From the human T2T-CHM13v2.0 reference genome, Homo sapiens, in the NCBI RefSeq assembly GCF_009914755.1, contig NC_060926.1: a stretch of 64,000 nt of DNA; one strand, written 5' to 3'. The notes under the pieces are model-generated. The model was not told the origin of the DNA. It ran no database searches and saw only the letters and a list, made by a program, of their open reading frames with translations. The position numbers and the translations under genes were made by a program. Positions 1 through 22,248 of the stretch are shown piece after piece; within the stretch, counting starts at the first letter, position 1; every line of letters begins with the position of its first letter.

Positions 1-316
1 TCAAAAACAAGGAAAACTAAATAATGCATTCTTTAGTGATACATACATAACTGTAAAAACTAGTAATACAAACAACTGATTTATCACAAAATCAGGATTC
101 TATCTCGAGGGCAGGGGAAGATAGGATGCAATCACAAAAGAATGTAATAAAAATAAGGATACTGGCAATATTCTATTTCTTAACCAGAGTACTGGGTAGA
201 TGAATATTCACTTCATTATTATTATTCAAATTGTATGTATTTAAATTTCATAATTTAAATGTGTAAAATGTATATTCTCTACGTACATTTCACAAATGTT
301 AAAAAATACAGCTAGC

Positions 317-693
<377 letters not shown>

Positions 694-975
694 TTAACTT
701 TAAAAAAAAAAAAAATCTACCTATACTCATTGAAGGTTTCCCATCTGTGACAGGTTTAGAGTACCAATGCATTTAACAGCAGTGAGCCATAGCCCTCCAA
801 ATTAGGACCCACCTAAATAGGAAGCTTCACTGAGAATTATTAACAAAATTCTTCTGCCAAATTGTGCAGACAGGAACATAACAAATTTAAAATATCAATC
901 TAAAGTAACATTACAAATATTCATGCAGGCAGCCTGAAGTCCTACTAAAGGCATGAAGTGCTACTTATTGCTTAC

Positions 976-1041
976 CCGAACCACTCCTGTGTATAGCACC
1001 AGGTTTCCACTGCCTTCCAAGACCAGCATGGTGTCTATTTT
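976..1041 (-). CDS. ANAPC1: ANAPC1 exon 13 (KIDTMLVLEGSGNLVLYTGVVR); gene continues beyond the left edge
   Basis: 66 nt; AG at 1043-1042, GTAAG donor at 975-971; translation continues the recalled APC1 sequence. Confidence 0.95.
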
Positions 1042-1157
1042 CTAAAAAAACAAAAAAGACAAAAAATTTATTTCCCAATCTGAGCAAATTAACAGATTTT
1101 TTGACTGAAAAATCTGTTGAAGCGTAATTGTCAACTTCTCAAATGTGCCTACATTAC

Positions 1158-1248
1158 CTCCACTGGTGCTGCATCCTTTGCTGGTATGTTGGTCACTGAA
1201 CCAAAGATGAGCTGGGTTTTATCATTACTCTCTTGAAACTTTACACAG
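1158..1248 (-). CDS. ANAPC1: ANAPC1 exon 12 (CVKFQESNDKTQLIFGSVTNIPAKDAAPVE)
   Basis: 91 nt; AG/GTAATG boundaries; phase matches exon 11. Confidence 0.95.
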
Positions 1249-1269
1249 CTAAATAATAAAATAAAAAAG

Positions 1270-2600
1270 AAACTTGATACATGCAACAACCTGTATGGGT
1301 ATTAAAAGTATTATACTGAACAGAAAAAGACAATCTCAGAAGTTTACATACTGTATGAGCCCATTTATAAAACCTTCACAAACGCCAAATTATCAAGATG
1401 GAGAATTAGTGGTTACCAGGATCAGTGGGCAATGGTGTATGTGACTATAAGGAGTTAACGTAAGACAGATAAAGATGTTTTGTATCTTGATTGTGGTGGT
1501 ATTTACACACATCTACATATGTGAAAAAACTGCATAGAACCATACATACACATAAATGAGTACATGTCAAATTGATGAAATTTGAAATAAAGTGTGTACA
1601 TCATCTATCTCCTGGTTATGATAATGTATTATAGTTATATAAGAGGTTACCTGTGAGGGGAAAAAGAATGCAAGGTACACAGGACTTGTTTACTCTTTTG
1701 TAACTTCCTTTAATCTATCGTATTTCAAAATATGAAGGTAAATAAATGGGCAAAAGATCTGAATAGCTATTTTACCTAAGAAGATAAATGAATGGCTAAT
1801 AACTTCATGAGATGATCAACATCAGAATGCATTAGAGAAAAGCAAATTAAAGCCACTTCACAACCACTAGAAAATAGCTACAATCAAAGAGTGTGATGAT
1901 ATCCAATCCTGTCAAGGATAAAGAGACATTAACCTTCATATTTTGCTGGTGGGAATATAAAATGATACAGGCTATTTGGAAAACAGTTTGGTGATTTCTT
2001 AAAAAGTTAAACATGAATTTACCATTCAACCCAATGACTCAATCCTAGGCATTTACTCAAGAAAAATAAAATCACATATGTCCACATTTTTGCTCAAGAC
2101 CTTTGTTCAAATGTTCATATGGTCATAATTCTCAGTAGTCAAGAGGTGGAAATAAACCAAAAGTCCGTCAGCTGATGAACAGATAAGCAAAACATGGTGG
2201 TAGATCTATACAATGGACTATTACATAGCAATAGGTATGAAATAATGATACATGTTACAAAATGGTGGATCCTAAAAACATCACGCTAAGTGAAAGCTAA
2301 ACACAAAAAGGTACACTGTGTGTACATACATTATATATATATATAAATGTCCAGAAAAATTAATCTATAAAGGCAGAAGCCTAGCATGGTTGCCTGAGGC
2401 TGGAAATGGGAACAAGACTGACTACAAACAAGCACAAGGAAATCTTTTTATGGTGATATAAATCTTGTAAAATTGGGTCATGGTGATGGTTGTATAACAC
2501 TGTAATTTACTAAAAATCATTTAATTATACAGTAAAAACATGTTAATTTTATGACATGTAAATTATTTCTAAATAAAACTACTTAAGCCAAAAAAAAAAG
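1270..2600 (+). mobile_element. Old L1 (L1M-type) 3' fragments
   Basis: Degenerate L1 ORF2-end/3'UTR motifs such as 'aatgggcaaaagatctgaatag' and 'tatacaatggactattac'. Confidence 0.7.
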
Positions 2601-2670
2601 GAAAGAAAAGAAAAAGAAAAAGCAGTGCTAAGTTATTTATACAGAAACAATGGGAAAGACATACACCTAC

Positions 2671-2766
2671 CGTAACTGGAGCTGGGACTCTACTAAAAAG
2701 CACAGGAACTTTTGCCCACATAGGTCAGATGTAATAAACACTTTTGAGGCTTGTGAATTTTTCTCT
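2671..2766 (-). CDS. ANAPC1: ANAPC1 exon 11 (EKNSQASKVFITSDLCGQKFLCFLVESQLQL)
   Basis: 96 nt; AG/GTAGGT boundaries; in frame. Confidence 0.95.
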
Positions 2767-2843
2767 CTATAATAGATACATTAATAAAGTAACTGTCAGC
2801 ACTGGTCCAAGAATCTACCACAGTAACTATTAAAAGTCTTTGA

Positions 2844-3150
2844 GGCCGGGCGCGGTGGCTCACACCTGTAATCCCAACACTTTGGGAGGCCGAGGCGGGC
2901 AGATCACGAGGTCAGGAGATCCAGACTATCCTGGCTAACACGGTGAAATCCCGTCTCTACTAAAAATACAAAATAAATTAGCCAGGCATGATGGCAGGCG
3001 CCTGTGGTCGCAGCTACTCTGGAGGCTGAGGCGGGAGAATGGCATGAACCCAGGAGGCGGGGCTTGCAGTAAGCCAAGATCACGCCACTGCACTCCAGCC
3101 TGGGCGACAGAGCCAGACTCCGTCTCAAAAAGAAAAAAAAAAAAAAAAAA
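2844..3150 (+). mobile_element. AluY-like
   Basis: Full dimer, long A tail, TSD AAAAGTCTTTGA. Confidence 0.9.
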
Positions 3151-3551
3151 GTCTTTGAAAATATTCTGCAAGAAATCTAAAAACTACTTAGGTCAAGCAA
3201 TAATCTCAAAGACACAAACATTTCTAAGAATTAAACTTCATGATCTCTAAGATCCTTTCAGTTCTTTGATTATGAGCTCGTTACACAGCTTTGTTGGGGA
3301 AAGCTACAATAAATTTAACAATTACTGATGAACTTTTAAATTACATACTATGTAAGCTCCCTACTTGTAAAGTAATGCAAACTAAGCCACCTACTTGTAA
3401 AGTAATGCATGCAAACTTGAATTCCTATCCCGCAAAGGGCCAGATCTTTCATAATGCTATTTCTCCTATCTACCCCCTCTCCTTCTCAGATTAGGCCTCA
3501 TTCACATCTCTTTTTGAAATCGTATCTCTAATTCCCAAACCCTTCCTTCTA

Positions 3552-3862
<311 letters not shown>

Positions 3863-4379
3863 AGTGCTACAGAAGACCCATAAATCTAAAAAATAAGAAT
3901 CTATAATATATTCAACTTACAAATAAGTTATTTAAAGAAAAATGATTTATAATTGTAGGATACTTTTGATATATGAGAAACAAACCAGACAGACTACTTC
4001 AACATTGTATCCACATCTTTACTTTCTTCAGACTACCTATTCCCCATTTCATTCTCTCTAAGATTACGCATTTGCCTTCCATTTCAGATAAAACGAGGCT
4101 CTAAGGCTTGAGCTCAACCTCCTGCCTTACATATCTGATCAACCTTCACTTCTTTATCCCAATCTCACCACTTATGCACCTTTCTGGTTACTTGTTCCAT
4201 CAATCATTTCCTCTGTTCTGTATTTTCAATACTTTCCCTTGAGTATAGTCCGTATAGCCTACTACTTCACATTAAAAGTCTTAAAATACAAAATGGACTC
4301 AACATTAGAGTATATAAAAGACCTTCTCAATTCGACTGGATATAAAACTTGTATTGTGGTTAGGTAAGAAAATACTGGG

Positions 4380-4687
4380 GGCCAGGCACAGTGGCTCACA
4401 CCTGTAATCCCATTACTTTGGGAGGCAGAGGCAAGCAGGTTGCTTGAGCCCAGGAGTTTGAGACCAGCCTGGGCATCACGGCAAAATCCTTTCTCTGCAA
4501 AAATTACAAAAAATTAGTCAGGCATGGTGGTGTGTGCTTATAGTCCCAGCTATCTGGGAGGCTGAGGTTGGGGAATCACCTGAGCCCAGAAGGCCAAGGC
4601 TGCAGTGAGCTGTGATTGAGTCACTCACTGTACTCCAACCTGGGTGACAGAGTGAGACCCTGTCTCAAAAAAAAAGAAAAAGAAAAT
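4380..4687 (+). mobile_element. AluJ-like
   Basis: TSD AAGAAAATACTGGGG. Confidence 0.88.
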
Positions 4688-5288
4688 ACTGGGGCAAGAT
4701 GTCATGAAAACTAATTTTATTATAGTTCAGCAAAAACAAAACTCTCCTTGACCAAGATTCCCTCTAATTTTGTTATCTTCATTCCTATTCAAAGGCAAAC
4801 TCCTTAAAGAGTCTGTATGCCTATGTTCATTTCCTCAGTCCCCATTTACTTTTTCTACCCCACTTTCCCCCGCCACCCTCCCAGCTTAAAATGCTCTGGC
4901 CAAGGTCACCAAGGAACCCACTGCCACCCAGGTACCTCCTCTCTGGGTTCAACTCTCAGGGCCACACTTCACCAGTACCTGGCAATACTGGCATCTCTGT
5001 ATTCTTGAAATGTTCTTTTTTGTATTCTGTATTTCCTGCTGCTTCTCCCATCTGACCTCTTTTGCTTTGTCTCTCTGTGCCAGCTTTGTCTCTTTCCATT
5101 CCCCAAATCTTAAGTTTCCAGGACTTCAGTTCCTAGCCCTCTTCTAATTCTACACCACTGGATTTTAACTATTTGGAGGCCACAAATCCCTTTGAGAATC
5201 TAAGGAATGTTAAAACCCTCTCCTTGGGAAAAGGCCTATATACTACATGTACACACAATTATTGAATACAATAATTCTTCAATTCTAA

Positions 5289-6651
<1,363 letters not shown>

Positions 6652-6754
6652 TAATAACTGATCACATTAAAAGGAAACTTTAAACAAAATGCCATATATT
6701 TCCCAAGACTTTCAGCAACATTTTTCTTTGAATATAATAATATATATAACAAAC

Positions 6755-6964
6755 CTTATATTAGTAATCGTTTCTGTCCACAAATGGTCAATACACAGTT
6801 CAGGAACAATTGGCTCCGTTTCTGGTGCAAGAAAGGAGCCATTAGAATTACTATTTGGAGAATGAGAAATACTATGTCTCTTTGGAGACTGATTATGGCT
6901 TGAAATGTTGAACCTTTGCACCCCTGAAAAAGAGTGCACTCCTAACGCAGGAGAATGAGCACGA
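6755..6964 (-). CDS. ANAPC1: ANAPC1 exon 10 (RAHSPALG...TETITNI), codons ~351-421
   Basis: 210 nt inside ORF 6712..7071; CAG acceptor, AG|GTTTGT donor. Confidence 0.95.
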
Positions 6965-8037
6965 CTGCAAAATAAACAGAGGAGAGAGTACATCACAGTT
7001 AGCAAGGCAGGCTTATATGACACACACTCCAATGACACTTCCAAAAATTCCACAGACAGAAGAGCATTCATGGCATAATCCAGGTCAGAAATTAAAATTT
7101 TTCAAAAAGGAGTAGCTATTTAAATGGTTCATGTCAATGTGCTTTACTATATTCTAAAGATTTAGAATTATTATTAGAAGAACTCATCTTTTACAACTAA
7201 AACTTAGATCATCTTCTTTTTCGGAAAATGAATGATTATTCAAAAAGCTCTAAACTATGTCCCTGTATAGTCAGACATATATATTTATCAACAAAACAAT
7301 GTCCCTGTAGCACCAGATATACATATCTGGTGATTTAAATATATATCTATATAGAGAAATAGATACATTTACATATCAAATAACAAGTAAAAAAAAAGAA
7401 AAACTAACATAAATTAAGGCAAAAATAAAATAGTGCCACAGTATTTTGGGAATTAATATTCATCAAACTGTTGCCCACATAGTGGTAGAAATGAGGCAAC
7501 TAACCTTAGGTCAAGCATAGGCAGCTTCAAAATATGACTCAGGAAAGAATGTGACATGGTAAACTTAGAAATCTTAGTAAAAGTGGCTCAGGGCTGAGCA
7601 CGGTGGCTCACGCCTGTAATCCCCGCACTTTGGGAGGCCAAGGCAGGCAGATCACAAGGTCAGGAGATCGAGACCATCCTGGCTAACACGGTGAAACCCC
7701 ATCTCTACTAAAAATACAAAAAAAAAAAAAACTCAGCCAGGCATGGTGGCAGGCGCCTGTAGTCCCAGCTGGAGGCTGAGGCAGGAGAATGGCATGAACC
7801 CGGGAGGCAGAGTTTGCAGTGAGCCAAGATTGCGCCACTGCACACCAGCCTGGGTGACACAGCAAGACTCTGTCTCAAAAAAAAAAAAAAAAAATGGCTC
7901 AATTGGGATAATGGCTATTTCCCCTAAAAAACATCTCCCCTAAATATATTTCCCCTAAAAACAGCTGTCAACAGAAATTCTAAACCCTTCAAAACAAAAC
8001 AGAAAGCTTAGAAAGAAAAACCAGGAAACCCTTATAC

Positions 8038-8258
8038 CTTAGAGCTGCCATGTTGGAAATAGAAGGTGAGCGAGAATGTAGACTGGGTGATGAGGTTGAG
8101 CGACTCTGGCTGTGAATGGAGGAGTAATTCTGGAAAGGTGAAGTCACAGGGGAATCTCCTTTGGAGAGGCTTCTGAGATGTGCTGTGAGGGAGCTGCTAG
8201 TGGCCACATTCTGTGGGGTTCCCCCCTGTTCAGAGAACTTTAAAACAACATTCTCTTC
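8038..8258 (-). CDS. ANAPC1: ANAPC1 exon 9 (EENVVLKF...NMAAL), Ser/Pro-rich loop
   Basis: 221 nt overlapping ORF 7989..8207; AG/GTATAA boundaries. Confidence 0.95.
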
Positions 8259-8691
8259 CTTAAGTCAAAATAAAGAGAAAGAGGAAAAAAAAAAAACAAT
8301 AATTAGAATAAAGTAGCAATTTCCTTGTAAGAATGCAAGTTGAAGTCAGTTACTAAAGACACAGTATTTCTTCTTTCCTAAGAAGCTCAATCTATTTCTC
8401 AAATGAGGCCAGGTGCCGTGGCTTACATCTATAATCCCAGCACTTTGGGAGGGTGAGGAGAGAGGATAGCTTGAGCCAAGGAATTCAAGACCAGCCTGGG
8501 CAACATAGCAAGATCCCATCTCTACAAAAAATTAAAAATTAGCTGGGAGTGGTGGTACACATTTGTAGTCCTAGCTATTCGGAAGGCTGAGGCAGGACGA
8601 TCACTTGAGCCCAGGAGTTCAAGGCTGCAGTGAACTGTAATTGTGCCATTATACTTCAGCCTGGGTGACAGAGTGAGGCCCTGTCTCTAGA

Positions 8692-8730
<39 letters not shown>
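8692..8730 (+). repeat. (GAT)13 microsatellite in Alu tail
   Basis: Direct read. Confidence 0.95.
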
Positions 8731-8866
8731 AATAAAACTATTCACAAGTGATTTTTCCAAAAAAAAAAAAAAAAAGTGAGGGTATGAAGTATTAACTACT
8801 CTTTCATATATATATATATATACTTTTTTTTTTTTTTTTTTTTTGAGATGGAGTCTCATTCTGTGA

Positions 8867-8986
<120 letters not shown>

Positions 8987-9167
8987 TAATTTTTTATATT
9001 TTTGGTATAGATGGGGTTTCACCATATTGGCCAGGCTGGTCTTGAACGTCCTGACCTCAAGTGATCCGCCTGCCTTGGCCTCCCAAAATGCTAGGATTAC
9101 AGGTGTGAGCCAGTGCACCCAGCCTACCCTTTCCTATTAAGGAGAAGTGACTTGCCTTTCTCCTTAC

Positions 9168-9313
9168 CTCTGATTTGACTCTCCGGAGAGTCCACACAGA
9201 ATGCACATTTTGAACAGCATCATAAGTCATTACAATAGAGGGGTCAGTATTGAGGAAAACAATTTTCATTGCATGATCTACAACATATTGCACCCGTGAT
9301 GAACCAAAAAGAC
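9168..9313 (-). CDS. ANAPC1: ANAPC1 exon 8 (LFGSSRVQY...RRVKSE)
   Basis: 146 nt; AG/GTAAGG boundaries; ORF 9057..9293. Confidence 0.95.
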
Positions 9314-10132
9314 CTTAAAAATAAAATAGAAAAATCAGGTATAGAACAATGGGCTTTACAAGACTGATATTTATGAACAGAGCTCTTAAAATTGTTAAAG
9401 ATAAAGAACAACCAAGCCAAAGAGAGCGCAAAATCTATTACTATCTTAAATAATTAACTCTGAATTTTTAATAAATTTACTTTAGGCATCAACTTCCTTA
9501 AAATACATTAAAGATGAGAGCATTACAAGTTTTAGCTTCACATACATGCTGTTGCTAAATGTTAAGATTTGTGCTGACTCTCACCATTACACGAATCAGC
9601 CACAGGTAAAAGGTCGATGATTTCTTCAACTGACTTATTTATAAATTGCACTCAACTATTCTGCCAAGTTTGACTTCCTTATTGGTTCTGTTTTTCTGTA
9701 TGAAAGCTGTACTCTATAATTACTATTCAGACAGTGCCAAACAGTACACTGTTGTTTCTGCTTTACTAGTTACACATGCAAAATAAGGTTTTTCCCAGTG
9801 AGTTCAGCTTTTAATCTAAAGTACCATGGACTGGTCTCCATATCCTTATTTGACAGGAAATGTTTCCCACTCAGTTAAAATACTGAAAAATTTTAAAATA
9901 TGATTCTATAATCATAAGAAATACTTTATAAATAAAAATCATGCCACCATCTCAAAATATCTACTATTAATACATTAGAGAATTTTTGGTTTTTTTCATA
10001 CATATATACACACTTTATACATTTTTACAAAATTATAATCATACTGTGTTATTTGTATCCTACTTGACATCACAAATAAGCAACTTCTAGTTCACTAAAT
10101 ATTAGTCAAAAATATGATCAATAATGGCTACA

Positions 10133-11279
<1,147 letters not shown>

Positions 11280-11294
11280 TTAGTAACAACATAA

Positions 11295-11790
<496 letters not shown>

Positions 11791-11815
11791 AGACATAATA
11801 CAGAAGATAAAAAGC

Positions 11816-13951
<2,136 letters not shown>

Positions 13952-14054
13952 AAATCTTTTTTGAAGCCATTTATTTGCATATTCAATTTTACCACTTAGA
14001 TTGGGAAAAAAGGCTAATTAAGTGCCAAGTGCGTAGAGTTCATGAGTGTACGTA

Positions 14055-16893
<2,839 letters not shown>

Positions 16894-17034
16894 TACTGAG
16901 ATGAGAGAAAATGGCATATATCTATGCTGTCAACATGAAAATTATCATCATCTCAAACTTTTAGATAAACCTCAGAACCAACACAAACACACAAATCCCA
17001 AGCAGTAATATTCTGAAGTGAATAAAATGAATAC

Positions 17035-17117
17035 CTGGGTGAACCTGGAGGTACTTCATGTGAAGAAGCGCTTCGTTCAAACAGCAATCCATATTTAGTG
17101 GGCCAAACATTTGCAAC
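17035..17117 (-). CDS. ANAPC1: ANAPC1 exon 6 (VANVWPTKYGLLFERSASSHEVPPGSP)
   Basis: 83 nt; AAG acceptor, GTATTC donor. Confidence 0.95.
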
Positions 17118-17712
17118 CTTTCAGGTAAAAGGGTGGGAAAAGATAGAAGTAAGAGAACCTACCCCTTTATAAAATGTTTTAAAGAAACATTACAGAATGT
17201 TTTATTTTCCAATTTAGTAATAGCTTTACAAAGTAACATCATCATTAAATACGGTATTTTCTTAAAAAGTAATACAAATAAGCAACTCTAAGATAAAATC
17301 AAATCTAATAAAGAGGAGTTGTTCAATGTGAAATTCCTGCCACTGGCCAGGATCAGTAACAAAATGACAATGTGTTAACAATAGCCCTAGGCATTAAAAA
17401 GACGATGAGTAACAAAAAAAGACTGGTGTTATTCATATGCCTTATTTAATATAACCAAAAGTTCTTACGTATCATTTAAACCAACAAACACATACCACAG
17501 AAGACTTCCTAATTTACTTCACTAAATAACTTATTTTCTTGTGAAGTACAGAAAAATGGTAAGCCACTAAAGCTGCCAAAATTTAGTTATTTTGAGTAAA
17601 AATAACATTTTTGACTACTACGAAACATGAGACATAAGACATGCCTCTAAAACCAATTAATTCAAAAATGTTCTCCAACAAAACCCCCCCAAAATTTGAA
17701 ACACTTGTTTAC

Positions 17713-17813
17713 CTGAAATGGTAATGAAGCTATGTAATCCTTTCCTTCTATGCTATGCATGTTAATACATGAGCTTTGCAATATACATATGCATTTTTCT
17801 ACTTCATTGCTAC
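17713..17813 (-). CDS. ANAPC1: ANAPC1 exon 5 (SNEVEKCICILQ...SLPFQ)
   Basis: 101 nt; CAG/GTAAAC boundaries. Confidence 0.95.
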
Positions 17814-18017
17814 CTGAAAAGAAACGGTACAACAAGACTTATGTGTTTTTTCCCTCAAAGGAGTTCAATCCTAACAGCACAAATTATTTAATGCACAATA
17901 TAAAGATGCTTATGGTAAACCACTATTACTAGTGGCTACTTCATTTGAATGAAAAATACAATGAGATAAATATTTGGAATCATCATAAGAAAAATAAAAT
18001 TTCAAAAAGAAACTTAC

Positions 18018-18069
18018 TGTAGGCCTTTTCAGACTTATCCTGTGATATAATGAAGTCACACCACAATGC
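18018..18069 (-). CDS. ANAPC1: ANAPC1 exon 4 (ALWCDFIISQDKSEKAY)
   Basis: 52 nt; TAG/GTAAGT boundaries. Confidence 0.95.
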
Positions 18070-18639
18070 CTAAAATCAAAACAAAATGCTTACCTAAGAA
18101 AATTATATCTAAATAATCATCTATTAACTAATGGCATCTAAATAATAATAATAGCATCTACGTAATAACTTTGCCTCCTCAGCTCAACATGTACAATCAT
18201 GGGAACAAAAAGAATAAGAAAAAATAGAGTAATAAATGATAAATATGATAAGGAAAGGCAAAATATGTTTACAATTAAATTTTATGAAAAGATCCATAGG
18301 AATTAAAATTTTAAATTAAAAAAATAAATTTTACAAAAAGAGAAGACAAGAATCAAAAAATCTACCAGATAGAAACTTTGCAGCAAAAATTCAAATAGTA
18401 GCTCAAACCATACTAAACCCTATATCCTCTACAAAACTAAAGATTATTCAAACTTTATAATCTCCAGATTAAACAACTGATCTTAGACTCTCTCTAGACT
18501 GACTTTTGAAAAAGTCTTTAGAAAAACTAACTCCTCCCTTTCTTAAAAGCCCATCTTACAAAATATAAACTAGGAAAAGCTATTAAACTTTAACTGACAT
18601 ACCTGGCAATCACTTATTATTTAACAGCATTTTGTGTTT

Positions 18640-19700
18640 TTTTTTAAACTGTGGTCAAATACACACAATATGAAAATTAACATTTTAACAATTTTTAAGT
18701 AGACAATTCAGTAGCATTAACATTAAATTGACGAGCTTAGTACAATTTGTGAGCTTGTACAATACTGCACATTTCCAGAACTTTTTCCTCATCTCAAACA
18801 GAAACTCCGTGCCCATTAAACAATACTCCCCATTTCCCAATGCCCTGAGCTCTGGTAACCTCTATTCCACTTTCCCTATGAAAGGGCCTGTGCTAGGTAT
18901 CTCATGTAAGTGAAACTGTACAACATTTGTCCTTTTATATCTATTTTATTTCACTTAACATAATGTTTTCAAGGTTCATCCATGTTATGACATGTATCAG
19001 AATTTTATCCCTTTTTAAAGCTAAACAATATTCCACTGTTAGCATATACCACATTTGTTTATCCATTCATCTGTCAATGGACATGGGTTGTTTCTACCTT
19101 TTGGCTATCATAAATAATGCTGCTGAAAACACTGGTGTACAAGTATCTGTGAATCCCTGTTCTCAATTCAATTGTGCATATACCTAGAACTGGAACTGCT
19201 GGATCATAATGGTAATTCTAAGTATAACTTTTCTTTCAAGAGATGGGGTCTCACTCTGTCACCCAAACTGCAATGCAAGGCATGATTCTAGCTCGCAGCA
19301 GCCTAGAACTCCTGGGTTCACATGACCCCCCTGCCTCAGTCTCCTGAACAGCTTGGGAGTACAGGCATGCACCACCATGCCTGGCTACACGTGTAACTTT
19401 TTGAGAAATCGCCAAACTTTTCCACAGCAGCTATGTTACATTCCCATCAGCAATGCACAGGAGTTCCAATTTCTGGACATCCTCACCAACATTTGTTATG
19501 TTTCTTTAATAACAGCCAACCTAGTAAAGTGGTATCTCATTGTGGTTGTAATCTGCATTTGCCTAATGATTAGCGAAGCTGAGCATCTTTTCATGTGCTT
19601 ACTGACCATGTGTGCATCTTTAGAAAAATGTCCATTTAAGTCCTTCTGCCCAATTTTTTAATTGGGTAGTTTGTTTTATTGTTGAGTTGTGGGAGATTTT
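18640..19700 (-). mobile_element. Old L1 (L1MB-like) 3' fragment with half-Alu at ~19229-19388
   Basis: Antisense L1 3' motifs such as 'ttcacttaacataatgttttcaaggttcatccatg'. Confidence 0.75.
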
Positions 19701-21972
19701 AATGGTTAAGAAATGAAAATTCAGGAAGAAAACCATGCATGAGAGCTGTGCTCCAACCTGAAATGTCCAAAATCTACAATGCACCGATTACAGTCTCAAC
19801 TTCCTTTGATGAAATCCCATCCTCTCAGCCTCTAAAAGTAAATATTTTAACATCTCTTTTATCCCTGATATCCAAGAGATCACTAACCCCTTCCACATCT
19901 CCCTCTGCTTTATCACCGCTTCTTTGCCAAGGCACCAATCTTTTACCTGAACAGTCACAAAATAGTGCCCCTGACAACAGTCTCCCTCCTCTCCAGTCAA
20001 TCCTATATATATATTGCTAACAAAGCAATCTCTTCTCAAAACACAAAATTGATCGCTTCCATTTTAAAATCCTTGGCAGGCTCCCTTCAGCACACAGTTT
20101 AAAATCCAAATTCCTTGGTTTATATACAAGGCCCTTTGGTCTGTATACTGCCAGCATCCACTTGCATCTCTCCACACCCACACTTCGTGTACAGCCATTC
20201 TGAAGTTTAAAAAGTCATCTTTTTCCATAACTCTTTTTGCTGTGATTTCCTCTGCCTAGAATGCCCTTCTGCCACCATTTTATAACACAAATAGCATCTT
20301 CTTTGAAAAACCCTCCCTTTGGCACTCAGTCCTTTGGGCTCTCATCACTCTGTGGACAGGTAGTTATTATACAGCATTCAGAATACATCATTTCAGGTGA
20401 TCTGTTTGTTCTCCTTTCTAGGCTATGAGTCCTTCAATGGCAGAAACTACATTCACCTTTGTAGCCCCAGCATAATGTCTGAAACAGAGTGAGACTAAAT
20501 ACTTGCAGAAGACCAGGCACAGTGGCTCACGCCTGTAATCTCAACACTTTAGGAGGCCAAGCCAGGAGGATCACTAGAGCCCAGGGGTTCAAGACCAGCC
20601 TGGACAACATAGTGAGACCCCCATCTCTATTAAAAAACAAAAAGAATAAATGAAAAAATAAAAAGAACAACCAAAAAAAAAATACTTGCAGGATAGGTAA
20701 AACAATGAACAGATAAAATCTGAGTCACATATACCTGATATTATTTCATAAACAAAATAGAAAATTATCTTTCTCCATATTAGCAAGAAGATTAAGTAAC
20801 AATATATTTTCCAGATCAAAAGACTGAAATTCCAAATCTTACAATTACACTTACAAGTGATCTTAAGATAAAGGAGATAATATATCTAACTGCACTTCCA
20901 TAGAATCTAGTAAATAGGCAACTGTTCTTGGAGAAATTAAGATGAAGATATAGAAGCAAAGAACTACTTGGATATCATCAAATGCACTTTTCACATCTAT
21001 ACTAACTATATGAATTATATGGGAAAAAATTTACCATCAAAAAGATCACTGGCTTCAACACTCCAGGACACAAATGCTTTCACATATGCCCTCAAATGTT
21101 GGAATAATGATTCAGTTTATCCTTTCCAATAAATAGAATACAGTACTCATCAGGAAATAGTTAATGGTAGGCGGGAGGAGTGGGAGGAAGCAGTATCCAG
21201 ATACAAAGATTTCAGCATTTACAAAAATGAAACTTAACATTAGTCAAAGCCTCCAAAACCTCTTGTCAACCCTAATTCAACTACAATAAATGCATTAGTT
21301 CTTCCTCCAACTTTTTGTTATAAAAATTTTCAGTAAGAAAAGTTGAAATAATGCAGCAAACATATTTCACCTATATCCAACAATCATGAAAATTTTGCCA
21401 TATTTGTTTGTGTGTGTGCATTTGTGTACATATGGGATTTTTGGAATGGGAATGCTGACTGTCTAAAAATAAATTGCACACACATCATGACATTTCACCC
21501 CTAAATACTTCACCATGCCTTTTCTAAAAATAAAGATGTTCTCCTATAAAACCATAAAATCATCATCCCTGAGAAAAAAATAATACTTCTCTAACATCAG
21601 CTACTGGCCAGTAATTTTCAACTTTCCCAAATTTTCCCCAAAAATATCTTTTTAGCTAGTTTTCTAAAACCAGGACTCAATCAAAGTTCATTTAACAAGG
21701 ATCAAAAAATACTGCATTTGGTGATGTCTCTTTAGTCTCTTTCAATGTAGAACAGTCCCCACCTTTTTTTCTTTCTCCGTGACTTTTTTAAAGAAACCAG
21801 AATGTAGACTATAAACTTTTTATAATGGAAAATTTCAAATAAATACAAAGTAAACAGAATAGGATAATGAATCCCCATCAGCCAGTTTTAATAATTATCA
21901 AGCTTGGCTGGGCATGATGGCTCACGCCTGTAATCCCAGCACTTTGGGAGGCCGAGGTGGGTGGGTAGATCA

Positions 21973-22248
<276 letters not shown>

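Noticed and set aside
7916-7963. Short repeat of TATTTCCCCTAAAAA
   Set aside because: Small local slippage next to an Alu tail with no functional signal
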